6,249 nucleotides of DNA, from the IMG/VR virus record IMGVR_UViG_2675903336_000006; one strand, given 5' to 3'. The stretch comes from a virus (Duplodnaviria > Heunggongvirae > Uroviricota > Caudoviricetes). The notes beneath the pieces were generated by a model that was given only the letters and a program-made list of their open reading frames with translations, was not told the DNA's origin and did not search any database. Every line of letters begins with the position of its first letter. Position 1 is the stretch's first letter. Below, in pieces: positions 1 to 5,970 of this stretch. Both the position numbers and the translations under genes were made by a program.

Positions 1-72
1 GGGAAAAATATCATCAGATGGCTGCTTAAAAAAAGAACAAATGGTAGTGTCCGCTATTGCCAGTACACCTCA
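1..72. repeat. Left arm of a perfect 72-bp inverted repeat coinciding exactly with the window start (partner 6178..6249)
   Basis: Reverse complement of 6178..6249 equals 1..72 base for base; identity ends at position 73 (t here, g in the partner). Confidence 0.9.
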
Positions 73-271
73 TCCATCACCGAAAAAAATTGGCTTTTAC
101 ACCATTGGCGATAAAAGCATTTACCTGTATGACCTACGCCGCATGGATGAAATCATGGAGGCTCTTGATAATCGTTCGTCGATGGATTGGTGTGTTGCTG
201 TTCATGATATGAATGCAGGGTTTGATGAAAAGATTTTGTTCCCCTCATCAGTTGAAAGCACTGCGGGTTAA
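41..271 (+). CDS. Hypothetical protein, 76 aa; frame is open to the window start so the true start may lie upstream
   Basis: ORF in track; TAA stop at 269-271 is followed immediately by AAGGAG (270-275) and the ATG of the next ORF, an operon-like arrangement. No recognisable family. Confidence 0.4.
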   Translation: MVVSAIASTPHPSPKKIGFYTIGDKSIYLYDLRRMDEIMEALDNRSSMDWCVAVHDMNAGFDEKILFPSSVESTAG

Positions 272-281
272 GGAGTAACAC

Positions 282-449
282 ATGACCACTATTACCAAAG
301 AACGTATTGAATTGTTCATTAAAAACCCGCTTGAAAACGGGCTTACCCGTGGTGAACAAATGGAACTGGCACGGATTGCGCTGGCATCGCTGGAAGCAGA
401 GCCGGTTGTGTTCTGGTTTGAAAAATATCAAGAAGGGGCTACGGCATGA
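282..449 (+). CDS. Hypothetical small protein, 55 aa ([55 protein letters not shown])
   Basis: Not in the ORF track (below size cut-off). Strong SD AAGGAG 270-275 with 6-nt spacer to ATG 282; stop TGA 447-449 overlaps the ATG 446-448 of the next ORF (ATGA coupling); N-terminus and an IAL-SL-AEP motif resemble the downstream ORF. Confidence 0.45.
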   Translation: MTTITKERIELFIKNPLENGLTRGEQMELARIALASLEAEPVVFWFEKYQEGATA

Positions 450-790
450 CGACTTTTACCAGAGAGCAGTTAATAGCTCACGCAGAGGAGACTATTGAAG
501 CACAGAGACTGTGCATACCGGGCACAATCGACCATGACATCATCCGCACATATAAGATGGATATTGCTGTTCTGGAAATCGCACTGGTATCGCTGGCAGC
601 AGAGCCAGCCGGTAAATTGCATGAATACAAACCAGTGGGATATCAGCGTCTGGTCGATGAGTTAACCATGCTGGTAAAGCAGTTAACCTGGCAACTGAGG
701 AAAGCGAAGCCAGACTGCAAATTACCGGATAAGGCGATGAGTTATCTGGAGCGGAACGGACTGATAAGCGTGGAGGATATTTTACGATGA
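446..790 (+). CDS. Hypothetical protein, 114 aa, paralogous at its N-terminus to the 55-aa ORF upstream
   Basis: ORF in track; start overlaps the upstream stop (ATGA); shares MTTxT(K/R)E start and [10 protein letters not shown] vs [10 protein letters not shown] with ORF 282..449, including a near-identical ~26-nt stretch (380-405 vs 580-605). Confidence 0.5.
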   Translation: MTTFTREQLIAHAEETIEAQRLCIPGTIDHDIIRTYKMDIAVLEIALVSLAAEPAGKLHEYKPVGYQRLVDELTMLVKQLTWQLRKAKPDCKLPDKAMSYLERNGLISVEDILR

Positions 791-870
791 CCTGGCCTGA
801 AGCATTAACAACGGTAGGAATTGCGATGGCGGTGGCGCTGGTGGTGTATTCGATTTGCCGCTGGGGATAA
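787..870 (+). CDS. Possible 27-aa hydrophobic peptide ([27 protein letters not shown])
   Basis: ATG 787-789 overlaps TGA 788-790 of the upstream ORF (ATGA coupling); encodes one predicted membrane-spanning segment; too small to prove from sequence alone. Confidence 0.25.
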   Translation: MTWPEALTTVGIAMAVALVVYSICRWG

Positions 871-876
871 AAACGG

Positions 877-905
877 TTTGCGGGAAAAGGAGAGTTAAGT
901 AGAAT
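877..905 (+). promoter_or_regulatory. Candidate sigma70 promoter of the hok transcript (-35 TTGCGG 878-883, -10 TAGAAT 900-905)
   Basis: TAGAAT -10 with 16-nt spacer; predicted +1 (about 910-912) places GGGUGCUUGAGGCU at the mRNA 5' end, resembling the conserved 5' leader of hok mRNAs as I recall it. Confidence 0.35.
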
Positions 906-1081
906 TGCAGCGGGTGCTTGAGGCTATCTGTCTCAGGCATGAACACCAAAAGGCAGATAGAGAAAAGCCCCAGTTAACATTACGCGTCCGGCAAGACGCT
1001 TAACATTAATCTGAGGCTCAATCTATGAACGGCAAATCTAGGTTAGCCTCTTACGTGCCGAAAGGCAAGGAGAAGCAGGCT

Positions 1082-1237
1082 ATGAAGCAGCAAAAGGCGA
1101 TGTTAATCGCCCTGATCGTCATCTGTTTAACCGTCATAGTGACGGCACTGGTAACGAGGAAAGACCTCTGCGAGGTACGAATTCGAACCGGCCAGACGGA
1201 GGTCGCTGTCTTCACAGCTTACGAACCTGAGGAGTAA
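1082..1237 (+). CDS. hokD: Hok/Gef-family type I toxin (small membrane-damaging peptide), 51 aa; an in-frame upstream ATG at 1025 gives a 70-codon mok-like frame
   Basis: Translation MKQQKAMLIALIVICLTVIVTALVTRKDLCEVRIRTGQTEVAVFTAYEPEE: N-terminal TM helix plus the RKDLCEV...TEVAVFTAYE core of Hok/Gef peptides; matches my memory of E. coli HokD (RelF). Flanked by leader and terminator structures typical of hok loci. Confidence 0.8.
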   Translation: MKQQKAMLIALIVICLTVIVTALVTRKDLCEVRIRTGQTEVAVFTAYEPEE

Positions 1238-1307
1238 GAGACCAGGCGGGGGAGAAATCCCTCGCCACCTCTGATGGGTCAGGCATCCTCAATGCACCCA
1301 CACTTAA

Positions 1308-1332
1308 CCCGCTTCGGCGGGTTTTTGTTTTT
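1308..1332 (+). terminator. Rho-independent terminator ending the hok transcript
   Basis: CCCGC(1308-1312)-TTCG-GCGGG(1317-1321) stem-loop followed by TTTTTGTTTTT. Confidence 0.6.
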
Positions 1333-1345
1333 ATTTTCAACGCGT

Positions 1346-1375
1346 TTGAAGTTTTAGATGGTGCCGGAATAGAAT
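1346..1375 (+). promoter_or_regulatory. Candidate sigma70 promoter (-35 TTGAAG 1346-1351, -10 TAGAAT 1370-1375, 18-nt spacer)
   Basis: Hexamers close to consensus just downstream of the hok terminator and ~80 nt upstream of the next ORF. Confidence 0.3.
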
Positions 1376-1457
1376 CAAAAATACTTAAGTAGCGCGCAGG
1401 GAGAAGAGGGATGGACCCCGAACAGGGGAGTGCTATTTATCTGGAAGGATTCTGTTG

Positions 1458-1739
1458 ATGAAAATCGAAGAATTACGTGAAATTTTTAGTGAAGATGGCC
1501 TCTATACTGTGCGCGTTGAGAATGGCGCTATTGTCAGCCACTGCCTTCCAGACTACACAATTCTGATAATTCAGCCGTCTTTGCCAGCAGGCACGGGCGG
1601 CGCTCTCACGCATTTAAATCTGATTGGTACCAGCATCCCCCATGCACTGAAGAACAGGCCGAATGGCTCATTCAGTGTTACCGCAGGCGCGGATGCGAGG
1701 TTAAAAAAGCCCTTAGCCTCGACTACCGTCACTGGATAA
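1458..1739 (+). CDS. Hypothetical small protein (93 aa from ATG 1458); sits where rem lies in Qin-type prophages
   Basis: ORF in track (TTG 1455 / ATG 1458); SD-like GGAAGGA 1444-1450 with 7-nt spacer. C-terminal half is low-complexity, so the true extent is uncertain. Not recognised by sequence. Confidence 0.35.
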   Translation: MKIEELREIFSEDGLYTVRVENGAIVSHCLPDYTILIIQPSLPAGTGGALTHLNLIGTSIPHALKNRPNGSFSVTAGADARLKKPLASTTVTG

Positions 1740-1814
1740 TCTCCGTCAGGCTCCCTTACTCCGAACGGCCAACGCGTCCGTCCCGCACATTCCAGCAACG
1801 GATCTGGAGGTAAT

Positions 1815-2873
1815 GTGCGGGTATTACTTCGACCTGTTCTGGTACCGGAACTCGGTCTGGTTATCGTTAAGCCAGGCCGTGAATCAATGTCAGCATTCCA
1901 TAACGGCAGAATACTGGTGGAGCCGGAACCAAAAAGCATGCGTAATCTGCCGTCCGGGGTCGTTCCTGCCGCTCGCCAGCCGCTGGTGGAAGACAAAACA
2001 TTGCTGCCGTTTTTCAGTAACGCACGGGTGATTCGTGCTGCTGGTGGTGCTGGTGCATTGTCTGACTGGCTGTTGCGCCATATTAAATCCTGCCAGTGGC
2101 CACACGGCGATTATCATCACAGCGAAACCGTCATTCACCGTTATGGTACCGGCGCAATGGTGTTGTGCTGGCACTGCGACAACCAGCTGCGTGACCAGAC
2201 ATCCGAATCACTCGAGCAACTTGCTCATCAAAACCTGTCAGCATGGATGATTGACGTCATCGGTCACGCAATAAGCGGTACGCAGGAGCGTGAATTATCT
2301 CTGGCTGAATTATCCTGGTGGGCGGTCCGCAATCAGGTGGCGGACGCGCTACCGGAAGCGGTATTACGTCGTTCGCTGGGGTTGCGTGCGGAAAAAATTC
2401 GCTCTGTGTACAGTGAAAGCGACATCATACCGGGAGAGCAGACAGCCACCAGCATACTGAAGCAGCGCACAAAAAATATTGCGTTACTGCCTCACGTCCA
2501 CCAGCAACAGAACCCACCACAGGAAAAGACGGTGGTCAGCATTGCCGTTGATCCGGAGTCACCGGCTCAGTATCTCCAGCGCCAGAAATCACAACGGGAA
2601 GAGATGCCTGTATACACGCGCTGGGTAAAAACGCAGAAATGCATGACGTGTGGCAATCAGGCAGATGATCCGCATCACATCATTGGTCATGGACTGGGAG
2701 GGATGGGAACAAAGGCTGATGATTTGTTTGTTATTCCGTTATGCCGTAAATGCCGTAACGAACTACATGCCGGAGTAAAAGATTTTGAAGAGAAACACGG
2801 CAGTCAGCTGTTGTTGCTGATTCGTTTTTTAATGCACGCGAGAAATTCGGGTGTTCTGAAGTGGAAAGCATAA
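1815..2873 (+). CDS. DUF968/YdfU-like prophage protein with C-terminal HNH-like Cys/His motif; start uncertain (GTG 1815 after GGAGG 1806-1810, or in-frame ATG 1887 or 1938)
   Basis: Long ORF immediately upstream of and abutting rusA (TAA 2871-2873, ATG 2874); C-terminus CMTCGNQADDPHHIIGHG...LCRKCRNELH = CxxC..HH..CxxC..H. Family assignment is from context and memory of the YdfU position next to Q in the Qin prophage. Confidence 0.65.
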   Translation: MRVLLRPVLVPELGLVIVKPGRESMSAFHNGRILVEPEPKSMRNLPSGVVPAARQPLVEDKTLLPFFSNARVIRAAGGAGALSDWLLRHIKSCQWPHGDYHHSETVIHRYGTGAMVLCWHCDNQLRDQTSESLEQLAHQNLSAWMIDVIGHAISGTQERELSLAELSWWAVRNQVADALPEAVLRRSLGLRAEKIRSVYSESDIIPGEQTATSILKQRTKNIALLPHVHQQQNPPQEKTVVSIAVDPESPAQYLQRQKSQREEMPVYTRWVKTQKCMTCGNQADDPHHIIGHGLGGMGTKADDLFVIPLCRKCRNELHAGVKDFEEKHGSQLLLLIRFLMHARNSGVLKWKA

Positions 2874-3254
2874 ATGACCGAGCGCATAGAATTTGTTTTA
2901 CCTTACCCGCCGACGGTGAACACTTACTGGCGTCGTCGTGGCAGCACATATTTTGTATCAAAAGCCGGGGAGCGTTATCGCCGGGCAGTGGCGCTTATTG
3001 TTCGCCAGCAGCGGCTGAAATTAAGCCTGTCCGGAAGGTTGGCAATAAAAATTATTGCAGAACCACCGGATAAGCGCCGCCGTGACCTGGACAATATTCT
3101 GAAAGCGCCGCTGGATGCGCTGACGCATGCGGGGTTGCTAATGGACGATGAGCAGTTTGATGAAATCAATATCGTTCGTGCTCAGCCAGTATCTGGTGGA
3201 CGTCTGGGGGTGAAGATTTATCCCATAATGCTTGAAGGGCAGGTCAAAAAATGA
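2874..3254 (+). CDS. rusA: RusA-family Holliday junction resolvase
   Basis: 126 aa; LPYPPTVNTYWRRRG, PDKRRRDLDNILKAPLDALTHAGLLMDDEQ and GGRL closely parallel E. coli RusA (LPWPPSNNRYY..., [30 protein letters not shown], GGRL) as I recall it; SD GGAAAG upstream; stop overlaps the Q start. Confidence 0.85.
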   Translation: MTERIEFVLPYPPTVNTYWRRRGSTYFVSKAGERYRRAVALIVRQQRLKLSLSGRLAIKIIAEPPDKRRRDLDNILKAPLDALTHAGLLMDDEQFDEINIVRAQPVSGGRLGVKIYPIMLEGQVKK

Positions 3255-4072
3255 AACTGGAAGATTTACCGAAATACTACTCCCCAAAATCCCCCGGCCT
3301 GACTGATGCATCGGCCTCAACGTCGAAAGATGCGCTGAGTATCACTGATGTGATGGCCGCGCAGGGCATGACACAGAATCGGGCTGAGATGGGGGTTTCT
3401 GCGTTCCTTGGGAAAATGGGCATTAGTATGAATGACAGAGAGCGGGCAACAGAATTGCTGACAGAATATGCACTCAGTCGGTGTGATCGCGTGGCGGCGT
3501 TAAGAAAACTCCCGGCAGAAATAAAACCGGCAGTGATGCGTATTATGGCTTCGTATGCGTTTGAAGATTATGCCCGTAGCGCGGCGAGCAAAAAACAGTG
3601 CCCCTGCTGTCACGGAAAAAAATTTATTGAAAGCGAGGTTTTTACAAACAAGATCCAGTATCCGGATGGTAAGCCGCCGGTATGGGCAAAGTGTACGAAA
3701 GGTGTGTATCCGTCTTACTGGGAAGAATGGAAAAAAGTCAGGGAGGTGGTAAAAGTTGCCTGTCCGGAGTGTGGCGGAAAGGGTGAGGTTTCCACCGCCT
3801 GTAAGGATTGCCGTGGGCGTGGTGTCGCCATTCATCGTGAAGAGTCGGTAAAACGTGGTATGCCTGTTATCAGAGACTGCCAGCGTTGTGGTGGTCGTGG
3901 CTATGAAAGACTACCATCAACGGAGGCATTTAATGCTATATGCGAGGTGACAAACCAGATAACACGCGCGTCATGGGAAAAAACAGTTAAGAAATTTTAT
4001 GATGCGCTGGTGACCCGGTTTGATATTGAAGAAGCATGGGCTGAGCGGCAGTTAAAAAAGGTAACTAGGTAA
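3251..4072 (+). CDS. Q: Lambda-family late-gene antiterminator Q, 273 aa, with an extra Cys-rich insertion
   Basis: Blocks matching my memory of lambda Q: YSPKSPGLTDASASTSKDALSITDVMAAQGM vs HSPKSPMMSDSPRATASDSLSGTDVMAAMGM; ASYAFEDYARSAAS vs ATFAYADYCRSAAT; CKDCRGRG / CQRCGGRGYERLP vs CRDCHGTG / CGRCKGVGYSRMP; C-terminal TVKKFYDALV...VTR vs TVKPLYDALV...VTR. Followed at once by a pR'-like promoter. Confidence 0.8.
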   Translation: MKLEDLPKYYSPKSPGLTDASASTSKDALSITDVMAAQGMTQNRAEMGVSAFLGKMGISMNDRERATELLTEYALSRCDRVAALRKLPAEIKPAVMRIMASYAFEDYARSAASKKQCPCCHGKKFIESEVFTNKIQYPDGKPPVWAKCTKGVYPSYWEEWKKVREVVKVACPECGGKGEVSTACKDCRGRGVAIHREESVKRGMPVIRDCQRCGGRGYERLPSTEAFNAICEVTNQITRASWEKTVKKFYDALVTRFDIEEAWAERQLKKVTR

Positions 4073-4077
4073 CAAGG

Positions 4078-4120
4078 TTGATTTTTCCGGAATCTGTGGT
4101 AAATTCGTCATAACGATGGG
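4078..4120 (+). promoter_or_regulatory. Late promoter pR' with qut-type pause element (-35 TTGATT 4078-4083, extended -10 TGgTAAATT 4097-4105, AACGATGGG 4112-4120)
   Basis: Six nt after Q stop; -10 TAAATT identical to lambda pR'; AACGATGGG sits 6 nt after the -10 exactly as in lambda pR' (TAAATT-TGACTC-AACGATGGG), where AACGAT is the sigma-dependent pause signal. Confidence 0.6.
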
Positions 4121-4154
4121 CGTTTTATGCCTGACGTTAGAAGAGTTTCTACAA

Positions 4155-4176
4155 CCCGCCGCCGAGCGGGTTTTTT
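4155..4176 (+). terminator. tR'-like rho-independent terminator downstream of pR'
   Basis: CCCGC(4155-4159)-CGCCGA-GCGGG(4166-4170) followed by TTTTTT(4171-4176); about 65 nt from the predicted +1. Confidence 0.55.
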
Positions 4177-4296
4177 ATGACTGAAATCGCGTCAGTACAG
4201 TAAACGCGCTGGTGGCGGTGAATACCTGTCTTTCAGCTTGCTGGCTTTTTCGACAAGAGTTATTGGTGTGTCACGTTAACCGGAAAAGGAAAAGAC

Positions 4297-4494
4297 ATGC
4301 TAAAACAGCAGGATATGACAGAAACCGCCAGAGTGGTGTTTAATGAATTAAGCGTTACCGAACCGGCGACAGTCGGGGAGATAGCGCAGAATACTTACCT
4401 TTCACGCGAACGCTGCCAGTTAATACTGACCCAGCTGGTTATGGCGGGTCTGGCAGACTATCAGTTCGGTTGTTACAGACGCCTTCCGCAGTGA
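4297..4494 (+). CDS. Small hypothetical protein, 65 aa, with helix-turn-helix-like segment (ATVGEIAQNTYLSRERCQLILTQLVMAGL)
   Basis: ORF in track; purine-rich SD-like AAAAGGAAAAG before ATG; stop codon sits in the loop of a terminator hairpin. First ORF downstream of tR'. Confidence 0.45.
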   Translation: MLKQQDMTETARVVFNELSVTEPATVGEIAQNTYLSRERCQLILTQLVMAGLADYQFGCYRRLPQ

Positions 4495-4504
4495 AGGCTT
4501 TTTT
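4481..4504 (+). terminator. Rho-independent terminator overlapping the stop of ORF 4297..4494
   Basis: GCCTTC(4481-4486)-CGCAGT-GAAGGC(4493-4498) followed by TTTTTT; stop TGA 4492-4494 lies in the loop. Confidence 0.55.
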
Positions 4505-4522
4505 ATTTGTGGTAAATGGGCG

Positions 4523-4551
4523 GCTGGTGGGTGTTAGGGGCACCCACCAGC
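4523..4551. repeat. Perfect 11-bp inverted repeat (hairpin) whose arms are Chi and complement-Chi
   Basis: GCTGGTGGGTG (4523-4533), 7-nt loop TTAGGGG, CACCCACCAGC (4541-4551); no U-run follows, so not a classic terminator. Confidence 0.6.
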
Positions 4552-4626
4552 CATCTGCTCATGCGTTGGGTTCACAAGCAAACCTCAGGCCCACTGCTTT
4601 GCGCAAAAGCAGAATGAGCCTATCAG

Positions 4627-4891
4627 NNNNNNNNNNNNNNNNNNNNNNNNNNNNNNNNNNNNNNNNNNNNNNNNNNNNNNNNNNNNNNNNNNNNNNNNNN
4701 NNNNNNNNNNNNNNNNNNNNNNNNNNNNNNNNNNNNNNNNNNNNNNNNNNNNNNNNNNNNNNNNNNNNNNNNNNNNNNNNNNNNNNNNNNNNNNNNNNNN
4801 NNNNNNNNNNNNNNNNNNNNNNNNNNNNNNNNNNNNNNNNNNNNNNNNNNNNNNNNNNNNNNNNNNNNNNNNNNNNNNNNNNNNNNNNNNN
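4627..4891. other. Run of 265 N (masked or unsequenced gap)
   Basis: Direct observation; all ORFs crossing it in the track are artefacts of translating N as X. Confidence 0.99.
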
Positions 4892-4892
4892 A

Positions 4893-5420
4893 AAACAGAT
4901 TGCAGATGCCACAGGAAAGAAAAACATGGTGTCGCACTGGTTCAGTGCCGGTCAGTGGCAGTTGCCGAATGAAAGCGATTATCTGAAATTACAGGCGCTG
5001 TTTGCCCGGGTGGCAGAAGAGAAGCATCGGCGTGGTGAACTGGAAAAGCTCCACCACCAGCTGGTGGATACGTATACCTCACTGAACCGGCAGTATGCGG
5101 AGCTGCTGAGTGAATATAAACATCTGCGGCGGTATTTTGGCGTGACGGTGCAGGTGCCGTATACCGATGTGTGGACGCATAAACCGGTGCAGTTCTATCC
5201 CGGGAAACATCCGTGCGAAAAACCGGCAGAAATGCTGCAGCAGATAATCAGCGCTAGCAGTCGTCCGGGTGACCTGATTGCAGATTTTTTCATGGGGTTG
5301 GGTTCGACAGTGAAAGCGGCACTGGCGCTCGGGCGTCGTGCAATTGGCGTTGAGCTGGAGACTGAACGTTTTGAGCAGACGGTTCGGGAAGTACAGGATT
5401 TAGTCAGCCAGAACGGATGA
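4893..5420 (+). CDS. Beta-class N6-adenine/N4-cytosine DNA methyltransferase, C-terminal portion (5' end lost in the N gap; internal ATG 4926 with SD AGGA 4913-4916 is an alternative start)
   Basis: HPCEKPAEMLQQIISASSRPGDLIADFFMGLGSTVKAALALGRRAIGVELE matches the HPxxKP...D-FxGSGTT...GR-xIGIE C-terminal signature of N6_N4 MTases (CcrM-like), from memory. The catalytic DPPY motif is not in the visible part. Confidence 0.7.
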   Translation, partial: KQIADATGKKNMVSHWFSAGQWQLPNESDYLKLQALFARVAEEKHRRGELEKLHHQLVDTYTSLNRQYAELLSEYKHLRRYFGVTVQVPYTDVWTHKPVQFYPGKHPCEKPAEMLQQIISASSRPGDLIADFFMGLGSTVKAALALGRRAIGVELETERFEQTVREVQDLVSQNG

Positions 5421-5460
5421 TATTGAAGAATTAATTACGCGTCGTTATTATGCGGCTCCC

Positions 5461-5536
5461 GGCCCTTTAGCTCAGTGGTGAGAGCGAGCGACTCATAATC
5501 GCCAGGTCGCTGGTTCAAATCCAGCAAGGGCCACCA
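5461..5536 (+). tRNA. tRNA with CAU anticodon, most like tRNA-Ile2 (lysidine-modified; ileX/ileZ-like)
   Basis: 76 nt folds as cloverleaf: acceptor GGCCCTT/AAGGGCC, D-stem GCTC/GAGC, anticodon loop CTCATAA, T-arm GCTGG-TTCAAAT-CCAGC, discriminator A, encoded CCA; overall close to E. coli ileX as I recall it. Confidence 0.85.
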
Positions 5537-5543
5537 TCACATA

Positions 5544-5577
5544 CCGCCATTAGCTCATCAGGAAAGAGCGCCAGCCT
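5544..5577 (+). tRNA. Probable 5' part of a second tRNA, cut by the N gap
   Basis: 7 nt after the first tRNA: TA-GCTC-(D-loop)-GAGC-G-CCAGC fits positions 8-31 of a tRNA; rest masked, so identity cannot be determined. Confidence 0.3.
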
Positions 5578-5845
5578 NNNNNNNNNNNNNNNNNNNNNNN
5601 NNNNNNNNNNNNNNNNNNNNNNNNNNNNNNNNNNNNNNNNNNNNNNNNNNNNNNNNNNNNNNNNNNNNNNNNNNNNNNNNNNNNNNNNNNNNNNNNNNNN
5701 NNNNNNNNNNNNNNNNNNNNNNNNNNNNNNNNNNNNNNNNNNNNNNNNNNNNNNNNNNNNNNNNNNNNNNNNNNNNNNNNNNNNNNNNNNNNNNNNNNNN
5801 NNNNNNNNNNNNNNNNNNNNNNNNNNNNNNNNNNNNNNNNNNNNN
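5578..5845. other. Run of 268 N (masked or unsequenced gap)
   Basis: Direct observation. Confidence 0.99.
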
Positions 5846-5970
5846 GAATCCCCCTGTGCGGAGGGGCAATCAGCGAGTAGGTATATGGGATAATCGCGGA
5901 TTCAGGTGCTGGTACTGAATTCACCGGGAGGCACCCGGCATCATGCAATGGCACATAGCGCCACTCTCCA

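Noticed and set aside
153-3835. Overlapping alternative-frame ORFs (153..431-, 307..498+, 1571..1996-, 1813..2031+, 1890..2174-, 2035..2250+, 2731..2961-, 2861..3073+, 2975..3169-, 3138..3320-, 3500..3835-, 3555..3752+)
   Set aside because: Each lies inside or opposite a better-supported gene (the coupled small-ORF cluster, the DUF968-like gene, rusA or Q), has low-complexity or Ser/Thr/Arg/Cys-rich translation typical of off-frame reading, and lacks start signals.
4470-5420. 316-aa ORF in the track running from 4470 through the N gap to 5420
   Set aside because: The frame is open only because N is translated as X; the visible 5' part lies over a terminator and hairpin region and does not look like coding sequence. 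Only the part after the gap (4893-5420) is supported.
5846-5870. GAATCC at the right edge of the second gap as the T-loop/3' end of a masked tRNA
   Set aside because: The following bases do not give a convincing acceptor strand or CCA end; without the masked 5' part it cannot be evaluated.
4559-5954. Minus-strand ORFs 4559..4927, 4623..4937, 5550..5954 and 5558..5869
   Set aside because: All consist mostly of X from the N-runs; the short real flanks have no start context or recognisable sequence. A real minus-strand gene starting near 5954 and entering the gap cannot be excluded.
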